Assembly: GCF_000253055.1 (NCBI RefSeq)
Contig: NC_016070.1
Span: 1,796,220 to 1,820,219 of the forward strand
DNA from: Thermoproteus tenax Kra 1
Lineage (GTDB): Archaea; Thermoproteota; Thermoprotei; Thermoproteales; Thermoproteaceae
Direction: 5' to 3'
DNA: 24,000 bases
The notes beneath the pieces are model-generated. The model saw nothing but the letters and a program-made list of their open reading frames with translations, searched no databases and was not told where the DNA came from. Each line of letters begins with the position of its first letter. Within the stretch, counting starts at the first letter, position 1. Positions 15,710-22,716 of the stretch are shown piece by piece. A program made the position numbers and the translations under genes.

Positions 15710-16450
15710 ATGACAGTGTTTCGTATCCTCGATAGATATAGCAGACAGATAGCGGTGATAGGGGAGGAGGGCCAACGCAAGATAAGGAGCACGTCTGTTG
15801 TGGTCTTCGGAGTAGGCGGCCTCGGCTCCCATGTGTCCTACTATCTGGCCGCCGGCGGCTTCCGGAGGCTGTATTTAGTAGACTCAGATAGAGTGGCGGT
15901 TTCAGACCTACATAGACAAGTCCTATACTCAACCAAGGACGTGGGCGTGGAGAAGGCAGTCGCCGCAGCCTCCAGGCTTGAGCAAGTGAACCCTGAGGTT
16001 GATGTGGTACCCATATCTGAGGAAATAACCCCGAGCCTTGCCGAAGAGCTCGTAAAGAAGTCCGATATAGCCGTGGACGCGTTGGACAACTGGCCGAGCA
16101 GACACGTCGTCAACAAGGCCGCCGTGAGTGCGAGGAAGCCCCTCGTGCACGGCGCCGTGCAGGAGTGGTATGGGCATATCACAACCATAGTGCCTGGCAT
16201 CACGCCGTGTCTTGAGGAGCTCTTCGGGAGGTTCAAATCCTTGCCGGCGTGTGCGCAGGCAGGATGCCCTGTGTTGGGGCCCGTGGTGGGGACCGTCGCC
16301 GCGATCATGGCGGTAGAGGTCTTCCGTGCGGCGTTGGGCGCACCATCTCTGGCAGGTAAACTGTTGATTGTAGATCTGAAGCATATGGCCTTCGACATGA
16401 TACAACTGCAAAGGGACGAGAATTGCCCTGTCTGCCGCTATGTCCGTTGA
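15710..16450 (+). CDS. ThiF/MoeB/HesA-family E1-like adenylyltransferase
   Basis: 246 aa. RYSRQIAVIGEEGQRKI is followed by the nucleotide-binding VVVFGVGGLGSHVSYYLAAGG and LVDSDRVAVSDLHRQ. It ends with a C-terminal CPVC. No rhodanese domain. Confidence 0.9.
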   Translation: MTVFRILDRYSRQIAVIGEEGQRKIRSTSVVVFGVGGLGSHVSYYLAAGGFRRLYLVDSDRVAVSDLHRQVLYSTKDVGVEKAVAAASRLEQVNPEVDVVPISEEITPSLAEELVKKSDIAVDALDNWPSRHVVNKAAVSARKPLVHGAVQEWYGHITTIVPGITPCLEELFGRFKSLPACAQAGCPVLGPVVGTVAAIMAVEVFRAALGAPSLAGKLLIVDLKHMAFDMIQLQRDENCPVCRYVR

Positions 16451-17171
16451 CAGATTAACTCCGGCGCAGAGGCTGGTGCTCTACTACATGGCCTTCGAGG
16501 CGTTGTACAACGGAAGAGTCTGGCTGACTTTCGACGATATCAAGCAGGGCACTGGGCTGTCAGCGCGGGCTCTGAGGAGCGCGTTAGTCAAACTCAGGGA
16601 GATGGGCTATATAAACAGCGTTATCGATCCCCTCAGAGGAAGGAGGCACCTCCACAAAGTACTCCTAGATAGGCTGTATCCCATGCCTGAGCTCAAAGGA
16701 GTTTTCTTGATAGACGGCAGCGCGGATCTGACGCCGGAGGCCATAAAAATTTTGTCGAACGCGGACATTGTCTTATACACAGACTCAGTGGATCCGAAAA
16801 GGTTGGAGGGATACGCTAGAGCGCTGAAGCGGTTCGACGGCAGAGTGCCCGAGGCCGGCCTAGTCGCCATAGTCTTCAATCCGTTGTTAGACCTCGAGCG
16901 GCTCCGCGACGTTGTCGGTAGGGCTAGGTACATATGTGCCTCCAATTCGGTCGACAAAGCTCTAGGCTCATGTTTGGCTTGCGGCATCGTCGACGTTGAC
17001 TACGGGAAGTTTAGAATTAAGACGATCGCCGACGAGAGGGAACTAGACGAGTTGGTCAAACGCTACGACGTAAGAGGCACTATCATGCTGCAGACGTGCG
17101 ACGGAAAGAGGTACGAGCTTGTGGTTCTCTCAAGGCGCGATAAAGCGGCCGGAGCTCCACCTCGGAGTTAA
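16440..17171 (+). CDS. wHTH-domain fusion protein, C-terminal domain of unknown function (remote resemblance to tetrapyrrole-methylase motif I)
   Basis: 243 aa, overlapping the E1-like gene by 11 nt. The N-terminus ([30 protein letters not shown]) is HTH/wing-like. Residues about 87-115, [28 protein letters not shown], resemble the hhhhGxGPGDxxLhTxxAxxxLxxADhVhY motif but lack the Gly loop. Confidence 0.65.
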   Translation: MSVDRLTPAQRLVLYYMAFEALYNGRVWLTFDDIKQGTGLSARALRSALVKLREMGYINSVIDPLRGRRHLHKVLLDRLYPMPELKGVFLIDGSADLTPEAIKILSNADIVLYTDSVDPKRLEGYARALKRFDGRVPEAGLVAIVFNPLLDLERLRDVVGRARYICASNSVDKALGSCLACGIVDVDYGKFRIKTIADERELDELVKRYDVRGTIMLQTCDGKRYELVVLSRRDKAAGAPPRS

Positions 17172-17174
17172 AAG

Positions 17175-17184
17175 AATTTAAAAA
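17175..17184 (+). promoter_or_regulatory. TATA box of eif5a
   Basis: AATTTAAAAA is centred 24 nt before the ATG at 17204. Confidence 0.5.
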
Positions 17185-17203
17185 CCGGGTTGTCTCCCTC
17201 CCT

Positions 17204-17602
17204 ATGAGCACGAAGTATGTAGAGGTGGGCGATCTCAAGGAGGGATCCTACATAGTCATCGACGGCGAGCCCTGTAGAGTCGTTGAGATAGAGAAGTCGA
17301 AGACGGGTAAACACGGCTCTGCTAAAGCCCGAGTAGTCGCCGTGGGGCTCTTCGATAACGTGAAGAGGACTCTCAGCGTCCCTGTGGATACACAAGTCGA
17401 GGTGCCGATAATAGAGAAGTTCACAGCCCAAGTCCTCGCTATATCTGGCGATGTGATACAACTCATGGATATGCGCGACTACAAGACGTTCGAGGTTCCG
17501 ATGAAATACGTTGAGGACGAGGCCAAGGGCAAATTGACCGCCGGGGTCGAAGTGGAGGTCTGGCAGATATTGGACCGGTATAAGATAACGAGGGTCAAAT
17601 AG
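17204..17602 (+). CDS. eif5a: translation initiation factor 5A (aIF5A)
   Basis: 132 aa. It has the hypusination loop [12 protein letters not shown]. The whole sequence is closely similar to Pyrobaculum aIF5A as I recall it. ATG lies 24 nt after AATTTAAAAA. Confidence 0.97.
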   Translation: MSTKYVEVGDLKEGSYIVIDGEPCRVVEIEKSKTGKHGSAKARVVAVGLFDNVKRTLSVPVDTQVEVPIIEKFTAQVLAISGDVIQLMDMRDYKTFEVPMKYVEDEAKGKLTAGVEVEVWQILDRYKITRVK

Positions 17603-18179
17603 TCTCTTGGGGCGGAGGCGAGGCGAAGAGGTAATACGGATCTTTCTCTTGGATCTCGGAGAGTATTCTGTTTACTACCAGTTCGATTGGATCAACGCCT
17701 AACCTCTGCCTTATATCCTCGAAGCTTTGGAAGGGCCTCTTCTTTCTTTCGGCCAATATCTCCTGTAGCTTCTTCTTGCCTATCCCGTGGAGCAGCTCGA
17801 AGGAGTGCATCTTAAGCGTGATGGGACCTGCCTTATTGAACCAATCGACGAACTTCTGCTCGCGGCTCGCCACTATCTGTCTAACCAACTGTGGAAGGAG
17901 CTCTCTCGCCGGCGGCTGTAGATCCTCATATCTGATCCTTCTTACTATCTTGTCGACTTTATCCCTCTGGCCTGCGCCTACATAGACTCTCTCCCCCAGC
18001 TCGACCTTAACCCCCGGCTTAAGAGTCACCTCCAACAGAGTGAAGTACTCCTCGCCCAACAGATGGGCGAAAGTGGAATCCCTTGGGAACTCCCTCCTCA
18101 CTTTGGCCGGCAACTTATATGCGGCTAGCTCGGGGGGCAGTACGTCTAATACATAGGCATACTCCTCCCTCCTCCTCAT
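17595..18179 (-). CDS. DUF655 (COG1491) nucleic-acid-binding protein, OB-fold plus helix-hairpin-helix
   Basis: 194 aa. N-terminal [11 protein letters not shown]... and a C-terminal HhH ([17 protein letters not shown]). It overlaps rpoF by 4 nt, the conserved archaeal rpoF-DUF655 arrangement. Confidence 0.8.
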   Translation of the reverse strand: MRRREEYAYVLDVLPPELAAYKLPAKVRREFPRDSTFAHLLGEEYFTLLEVTLKPGVKVELGERVYVGAGQRDKVDKIVRRIRYEDLQPPARELLPQLVRQIVASREQKFVDWFNKAGPITLKMHSFELLHGIGKKKLQEILAERKKRPFQSFEDIRQRLGVDPIELVVNRILSEIQEKDPYYLFASPPPQETI

Positions 18180-18508
18180 GACTTGATAATCTTCAACATC
18201 TCCTTGATTTCGTCGTCGGAGAACTCCCTCCGCTCCAACATCTGAAGCAACATTTTGAGTTCCTCTACGTCCTCGGGCAGTATGTTGACCAACTGGATGG
18301 CTGTCACTCTGGCGAAGCCGAACCTGGATATAAGCTCCTCCACCTTAGACTCGGCGGCGTTTGCGTCTATTGCAGTGACTTTCTCGAGGAAGTCTATAGT
18401 CTTTCGTTGCACCTCGGTCGTCTCATAGGACTGGGAGAAGGCGCGGAGTATGTCGAGAGCTTTGGCGTTGGTTATGTCCTCAGATTTACGTATCTTCTTA
18501 ACGCTCAC
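18176..18508 (-). CDS. rpoF: DNA-directed RNA polymerase subunit F (Rpo4)
   Basis: The size, the position upstream of DUF655 and the sequence (ITNAKALDIL...VEELISRFGFARVTAIQLVNILPEDVEEL) fit Rpo4. The track start is a TTG at 18517, only 16 nt from the TATA centre. The in-frame GTG at 18508 (MSVKKIRK...) is 25 nt from it and is preferred. Confidence 0.8.
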   Translation of the reverse strand: MSVKKIRKSEDITNAKALDILRAFSQSYETTEVQRKTIDFLEKVTAIDANAAESKVEELISRFGFARVTAIQLVNILPEDVEELKMLLQMLERREFSDDEIKEMLKIIKS

Positions 18509-18527
18509 GTATAGCAACTAATGGGGG

Positions 18528-18538
18528 AATTTAAATAT
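18528..18538 (-). promoter_or_regulatory. TATA box of rpoF-DUF655 operon
   Basis: Minus-strand ATATTTAAATT is centred 25 nt before the GTG at 18508. Confidence 0.5.
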
Positions 18539-18579
18539 CGCCTTGATGCCCTCGGCATAGCCCCCGGTCGGGGCAAAAC

Positions 18580-18588
18580 TTAAATAAA
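18580..18588 (+). promoter_or_regulatory. TATA box of rpl21e
   Basis: TTAAATAAA is centred 22 nt before the ATG at 18606. Confidence 0.5.
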
Positions 18589-18605
18589 GGCGTCACCGAG
18601 GGGCC

Positions 18606-18902
18606 ATGCCCAAGCGCACTCACGGATATAGGTACAAGAGCAGAAAGTTGCTGTCGAAGGGGCCTAGGGAGAGGGGTCCTGGCGGACTATCTAGGTTGAT
18701 GTATGAATACAAGGAGGGAGATAGAGTGGTGATAGATATAGACCCTACCTATATAACAAATGCTCCCCACAGAAGATATCAGGGACGCGTGGGGCTCGTC
18801 GTTGGAAGACAGGGGGCGGCCTACATAGTTTTAGTCGAGGTGGGATCCAAGGTCAAGAAGTTGGTGGTCCCGCCCGAGCATCTAGTGCCCTTTAGGGGCT
18901 AG
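18606..18902 (+). CDS. rpl21e: 50S ribosomal protein L21e
   Basis: 98 aa. MPKRTHGYRYKSRKLLSK...YKEGDRVVIDIDP...HRRYQGRVG is the L21e signature. Confidence 0.95.
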   Translation: MPKRTHGYRYKSRKLLSKGPRERGPGGLSRLMYEYKEGDRVVIDIDPTYITNAPHRRYQGRVGLVVGRQGAAYIVLVEVGSKVKKLVVPPEHLVPFRG

Positions 18903-19648
18903 GGAGGGAGCTGTTGATCCTCTCCGCCTGTATAGTGGAGTTGTATGGCATAGTAGAGCCTATCGATGCCCGTGCCACTGAGCGCCGACACAAACACTGC
19001 GTCTCCGAGGCCCCCCGCTGCCGAGACCGCCTTGATGATATCTCGTTCCAACGAGCCCAACTGTAGAGAGTCTGCCAACATCTCAGCATCGCTGATCCAG
19101 TCGTTTATCCTCTCTATTTGTTCCTCGCCCAATAAATCCATTTTATTGACTGCGAATATCTGCGGTAACTTGAACCTTATCCTCGCCGATATGGCCAACA
19201 GCGCAGTGCTTGCAAAGCCCTCTGGCGTCTGCATGTATGTTCCATCGCCTACGTACACGACCACATTGTGGGTGTCGGAGAGCCTCCTCACGAGGTAGGG
19301 GCCGCTCTCTCTAAAGGCGAACAGCTCCATTTGGCCTGGAGTATCCACTAATACCACCGGGGCGCCTACCGCGTTTATCTCCTCCTTTATTCTCTCGCCC
19401 TCGGCCACAGCCATGTCGATCGAGGCGATGATGGAGGCGTTGGGGCCCAACTTGAACTGTCTCATAATCTTCCGGGCGTTTATCTTGTCGCGTATATCTA
19501 CGTCGGGCACATATGGGAGATACTCGGCTGCTGGGTCTAGATTTACCACAGCTACATCGTACCCTTGTTCGTCCATCCAGTTATAGAGCGCCGATACTAA
19601 TGTCGACTTTCCGCTCCCCGCGGTCCCTATAAAGAAGACCATTAACAT
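18899..19648 (-). CDS. GPN-loop GTPase (ATP/GTP-binding protein, PF03029 type)
   Basis: 249 aa. P-loop GTAGSGKST, NLDPA and the GPN motif (KLGPNASI), then DTPGQMELF. Confidence 0.9.
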   Translation of the reverse strand: MLMVFFIGTAGSGKSTLVSALYNWMDEQGYDVAVVNLDPAAEYLPYVPDVDIRDKINARKIMRQFKLGPNASIIASIDMAVAEGERIKEEINAVGAPVVLVDTPGQMELFAFRESGPYLVRRLSDTHNVVVYVGDGTYMQTPEGFASTALLAISARIRFKLPQIFAVNKMDLLGEEQIERINDWISDAEMLADSLQLGSLERDIIKAVSAAGGLGDAVFVSALSGTGIDRLYYAIQLHYTGGEDQQLPP

Positions 19649-19935
19649 TACCTCCTCAGATTCGCGATCTCTCTGGCAACTCTTCTAGCTAGCTCCCTTA
19701 TATCCTCGGCGTAGACGACGAAGTAGCCCTGACCTCTCTCGTCGTACCACAAGGCGGGGTATTTCTTGTCTTTGTACGCCTCAAATTTTACGTTCAAGCG
19801 CTCTAGAGCTTTGGCCACCTCCTCGAACGTAGGTCGCGGCACGGCAGAGTCCCTTGGGATTATTCTACCGAGCGAGCGAGGGACCGTTGAGTCTATATAT
19901 ACGAGCCAGAATATCCTCCCCTCCTTTCTCCTCAT
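19648..19935 (-). CDS. srp19: signal recognition particle protein SRP19
   Basis: 95 aa. IFWLVYIDSTVPRSLGRIIPR...YPALWYDERG is typical of archaeal SRP19. It overlaps neighbours by 1 and 4 nt. Confidence 0.9.
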   Translation of the reverse strand: MRRKEGRIFWLVYIDSTVPRSLGRIIPRDSAVPRPTFEEVAKALERLNVKFEAYKDKKYPALWYDERGQGYFVVYAEDIRELARRVAREIANLRR

Positions 19936-20324
19936 TCAACGAGTACTGCGTTGATAACTCCGTGTTGGCCCGGTCTCGAGACTACTACGGCTCTGCCCAC
20001 CTCCGTCTGAATTATAGCGCCCTTAACTATCTGGTTCTTCTTGGCGAAGTCAGGGTTGGCGGGAGTTGAGACGACAGAGACTATCTTGGCTTTGACCATC
20101 CTCTTCTCCTTAGGTATATAGACGTTGGCATACTGGGCCGACTTAAGTCTGATCTTCATATTGCCCCCGGCGACTCTCTCCACTTGGATCTGCTGGGGAC
20201 CCACCTCTGGCACTTTCGGCGGGCCGCCACAGAGGGCCTTGCGCTTCACCTTGGCCACTCTCCCCTTGACGCCGCCGCTGGGCTTTCTTAGATCATTGCC
20301 CTGATAGTAAGCCGCCGATTTCAC
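19932..20324 (-). CDS. rps8e: 30S ribosomal protein S8e
   Basis: YYQGNDLRKPSGGVKGRVAKVKRKALCGGPP is the S8e signature. The track start is a GTG at 20330. The second in-frame GTG at 20324 (MKSAAYYQG) lies 26 nt from the centre of the minus-strand TATA AAAATTTTTAAC and is preferred. Either start is possible. Confidence 0.93.
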   Translation of the reverse strand: MKSAAYYQGNDLRKPSGGVKGRVAKVKRKALCGGPPKVPEVGPQQIQVERVAGGNMKIRLKSAQYANVYIPKEKRMVKAKIVSVVSTPANPDFAKKNQIVKGAIIQTEVGRAVVVSRPGQHGVINAVLVE

Positions 20325-20343
20325 AAGCACCCGATAAGACCAA

Positions 20344-20355
20344 GTTAAAAATTTT
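20344..20355 (-). promoter_or_regulatory. TATA box of rps8e-srp19-GPN operon
   Basis: Minus-strand AAAATTTTTAAC is centred 26 nt before the GTG at 20324, in the 49-nt gap after the tfb stop. Confidence 0.45.
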
Positions 20356-20379
20356 GAGCCAATGCGTCCGATAAAGACG

Positions 20380-21282
20380 CTATATCGAGATCTCTATATA
20401 GAGTCTCTTGCCCAACTCATTTAAAAGCTCTCTGATAGGAGTCTCCGTGGACTCCGCCGCCCTTGCCACATCCTTCTGAGTCACTTCCAGACCGGCTATG
20501 AAACAGGCATAATAGACGGCTACGGCCGCCAAGGCCTGCGGCTTCCTGCCGTTCCTTATACGCGGCGACGACATGATATATTTCAAGAGATCCGAGGCTA
20601 TCTTCTGGACCTGCGCAGCGATCTCTCCGTCGAGTTTCAACGCCGAGACTATGCGCGGCAAGTAGACTCTCGGGTCAACTCTGGGAACTTTCTCTCCAAG
20701 TTTGGACATATATTTTAGAAACTCCATGTAGGCCGACATAAACCGGCTTCTGTCCAGACCCGCCTTCTCTATCAGAGATCTGTAGGTCACTGCGCCCAGC
20801 CCATGGCGCTTCACTGCGAAGTAGAGCGCTGCGGCATATCCCTCCCTCCTCGACGCTTTATAGCCGGCGTCGTACGCCTTTCTATATAGCGCAATGGCCT
20901 CGTCTACAAGCGCCCTCGGTATTCCCAAAATATGTCTCAGCGATTCGTAGAACTCCCTCATCTCCGCCTCCAACCTCTCCGAGGGAGAGGGGATAGGCTT
21001 GACTGCCTCCCTGAGCTTAATGGCGCGGAGTTTGTCGCTCAGCTTGGGCTTGCCCACTTTAATATCGCCTAGCTCGGTGCCAGATGTGCCAACGAAGGCG
21101 CGGGACGACTCAGGCCTCCTCCACTCAGGGCCTAGATCCACTACGTTCTCCCTAATTACGGCGCCGCACTCTGTACAGACTATAGAGCCTCTCTCGTCAT
21201 CTATCTTTACCTTATTTACGGCGCCGCACACCGGGCATATTAGATCCTGCTCTGCCAAATCGGCTAGTATTCGCCTAGTCAT
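20380..21282 (-). CDS. tfb: transcription initiation factor IIB (TFB)
   Basis: 300 aa. N-terminal Zn ribbon CPVCG...CTECG, a B-reader/linker (VDLGPEWR) and two cyclin-fold repeats. Confidence 0.97.
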   Translation of the reverse strand: MTRRILADLAEQDLICPVCGAVNKVKIDDERGSIVCTECGAVIRENVVDLGPEWRRPESSRAFVGTSGTELGDIKVGKPKLSDKLRAIKLREAVKPIPSPSERLEAEMREFYESLRHILGIPRALVDEAIALYRKAYDAGYKASRREGYAAALYFAVKRHGLGAVTYRSLIEKAGLDRSRFMSAYMEFLKYMSKLGEKVPRVDPRVYLPRIVSALKLDGEIAAQVQKIASDLLKYIMSSPRIRNGRKPQALAAVAVYYACFIAGLEVTQKDVARAAESTETPIRELLNELGKRLYIEISI

Positions 21283-21533
21283 TTTCTCCTACCTCTTTTG
21301 GCTACGTCGCTCTCCTTTACATATATACTTTGTCCCAACAGCGATTGGTCTATTGAGACCGGCCTCACTAGGCCGTAAGGGCTGTCTACTCTCCCGATTA
21401 CGTCATAGATTGTGCCGACCCTCTTCATAGAGTAAGTGTATACTGGAATATATAATGGGGGGACTGTAGATAATTTTACAACCAGATTCTTTAGATTAGT
21501 ATAATGGTGAGCAATACCAATACGTCTGAGCAT
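21279..21533 (-). CDS. gar1: H/ACA ribonucleoprotein complex subunit Gar1
   Basis: 84 aa. RIGIAHHYTNLKNLVVKL...VGTIYDVIGRVDSPYGLVRP...LLGQSIYV aligns with Pyrococcus Gar1 as I recall it (KRLGKVLHYAKQGFLIV...VGIVKDVFGPVKMPYVAIKP). It overlaps tfb by 4 nt, and gar1-tfb adjacency is common in archaea. Confidence 0.8.
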   Translation of the reverse strand: MLRRIGIAHHYTNLKNLVVKLSTVPPLYIPVYTYSMKRVGTIYDVIGRVDSPYGLVRPVSIDQSLLGQSIYVKESDVAKRGRRK

Positions 21534-21551
21534 AGTGTCTATAGCCGCGCG

Positions 21552-21560
21552 TTTATTAAA
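21552..21560 (-). promoter_or_regulatory. TATA box of gar1-tfb operon
   Basis: Minus-strand TTTAATAAA is centred 23 nt before the ATG at 21533. Confidence 0.45.
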
Positions 21561-21694
21561 GGTTCCCCCCTAATTGTGATATCTTCTGTGTTATCCATCC
21601 TCCGCAGAACCACGACGTACGCCCTCCTTTATAACCGAAGGCCTCGCCCTTAGGGCGGGGAGTGCGGGTCATGCCGCTAGGATCCCCTTAGATA

Positions 21695-21704
21695 TTTTTA
21701 TTAA
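21695..21704 (+). promoter_or_regulatory. TATA box of the TFE-beta-like/thpR/cca operon
   Basis: TTTTTATTAA is centred about 21 nt before the GTG at 21720. Confidence 0.45.
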
Positions 21705-21719
21705 TGGTCAATTGACTCC

Positions 21720-22169
21720 GTGGGCGAGGAAGTCGCTAATGAGGACGAGACTCTGACGGAGATTGAAATACAGATACTCCAGGGCATCGAACGCCTCGGC
21801 GGAAGCTATCAACAGAGGAATCTATGGAAGTACATAGGCATTGATAGTAAGACAGGTTTGCCCATATTGAGCAGGCTTGAGAAGAGAGGTTTGATAAAAA
21901 AGGAGAGAGTTGGAGGCGAGAGGAGGGGGGTCTACGTGATCAAGCTCACGGAGAAAGCGTATAAACTGCTGTCTGAGCTAAGGGAGAAGGCCGAGGAGGG
22001 CGGTGGTCCCGCCGTTGAGAGACTCAGCGAGGAGCTCAGAATTCTCCTCTCGATACCGTGTACCGTCTGTCCCTATATAGATCGGTGTGGCTTCGGCTTC
22101 ATAGACCCCTTACATTGTGACCTATTAACAAGGTGGTCTCTGTCGCTACAAAATGAGCGAGCCTATTAG
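21720..22169 (+). CDS. TFE-beta-like protein (RPC34/TFIIE-beta-type winged helix plus C-terminal 4-Cys Fe-S motif)
   Basis: 149 aa. N-terminal WH (LTEIEIQILQGIERLGG...LSRLEKRGLIKKERV). C-terminal PCTVCPYIDRCGFGFIDPLHCDLLTRW (22059-22118) matches the CxxCx4-5C...SPxxCxYxxxW cluster I recall from human RPC39 and Sulfolobus TFE-beta. GTG start about 21 nt after TTTTTATTAA. Confidence 0.6.
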   Translation: MGEEVANEDETLTEIEIQILQGIERLGGSYQQRNLWKYIGIDSKTGLPILSRLEKRGLIKKERVGGERRGVYVIKLTEKAYKLLSELREKAEEGGGPAVERLSEELRILLSIPCTVCPYIDRCGFGFIDPLHCDLLTRWSLSLQNERAY

Positions 22170-22716
22170 ATCTTTTATAGCAGTCGACGTAACCGCCAAG
22201 GCCGTTATAGAGGCCGTATCGAGGCTACAGAGAGAGCTTTTGAGCACGGGGGCCGATCTGAAGCCAGTGGAGCTCCACAACCTTCATTTGACTCTCATCT
22301 TCTTGGGGGAACAGCCCAAGCGGACATTAGACGAAGTAGCGAAAAAGTTGGAGCAATTAAACTTTAGGAGGTTCGAGGTAGAGTTCAGAGGCGTCGGAGC
22401 GTTCCCTAACTCGTCGAGCCCGCGCGTGATATGGGTGGACGTAGGCAGAGGCCGCCGGGAGCTCGTCGACTTGGCGCACGCGGTGAGAGAGCTTGTGAGA
22501 GATATAGCGAGGGAGGACGAGGAATTCACGCCGCATTTAACCATCGCTAGGGTTAAGGGGCCGAGAAACAAGGAGAAACTGGCCGAGATGATAGGTAGAC
22601 ACAGCTCGGACGTATTCGGAGCTGTCGAGGTCTCTGAGGTCAAGCTCAAGAGATCCATCTTAACGCCGCGGGGTCCCATCTATAGCGATCTATACGTGAA
22701 AAGGCTGTCCGCGTGA
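22153..22716 (+). CDS. thpR: RNA 2',3'-cyclic phosphodiesterase (2'-5' RNA ligase, LigT/ThpR family)
   Basis: 187 aa with the two HxT/S motifs of the 2H phosphoesterase fold (HLTLIFLG and HLTIARV). It overlaps the upstream gene by 17 nt. Confidence 0.9.
   Translation: MSEPIRSFIAVDVTAKAVIEAVSRLQRELLSTGADLKPVELHNLHLTLIFLGEQPKRTLDEVAKKLEQLNFRRFEVEFRGVGAFPNSSSPRVIWVDVGRGRRELVDLAHAVRELVRDIAREDEEFTPHLTIARVKGPRNKEKLAEMIGRHSSDVFGAVEVSEVKLKRSILTPRGPIYSDLYVKRLSA

Noticed and set aside
16229-16243. GGTTCAAATCC, a perfect tRNA T-loop consensus string
   Set aside because: It lies in frame inside the ThiF-family CDS (…GRFKSLP…). The flanking bases cannot form a T-stem, and no acceptor, D or anticodon arms are present.
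15841-16398. Long antisense ORFs (185 and 160 aa) opposite the ThiF gene, and similar ones opposite apgM, the radical SAM gene, the GPN GTPase and cca
   Set aside because: In each case the opposite strand carries a gene with unambiguous family motifs. The antisense products are A/S/T/R/P-rich without motifs, typical of GC-rich genomes.
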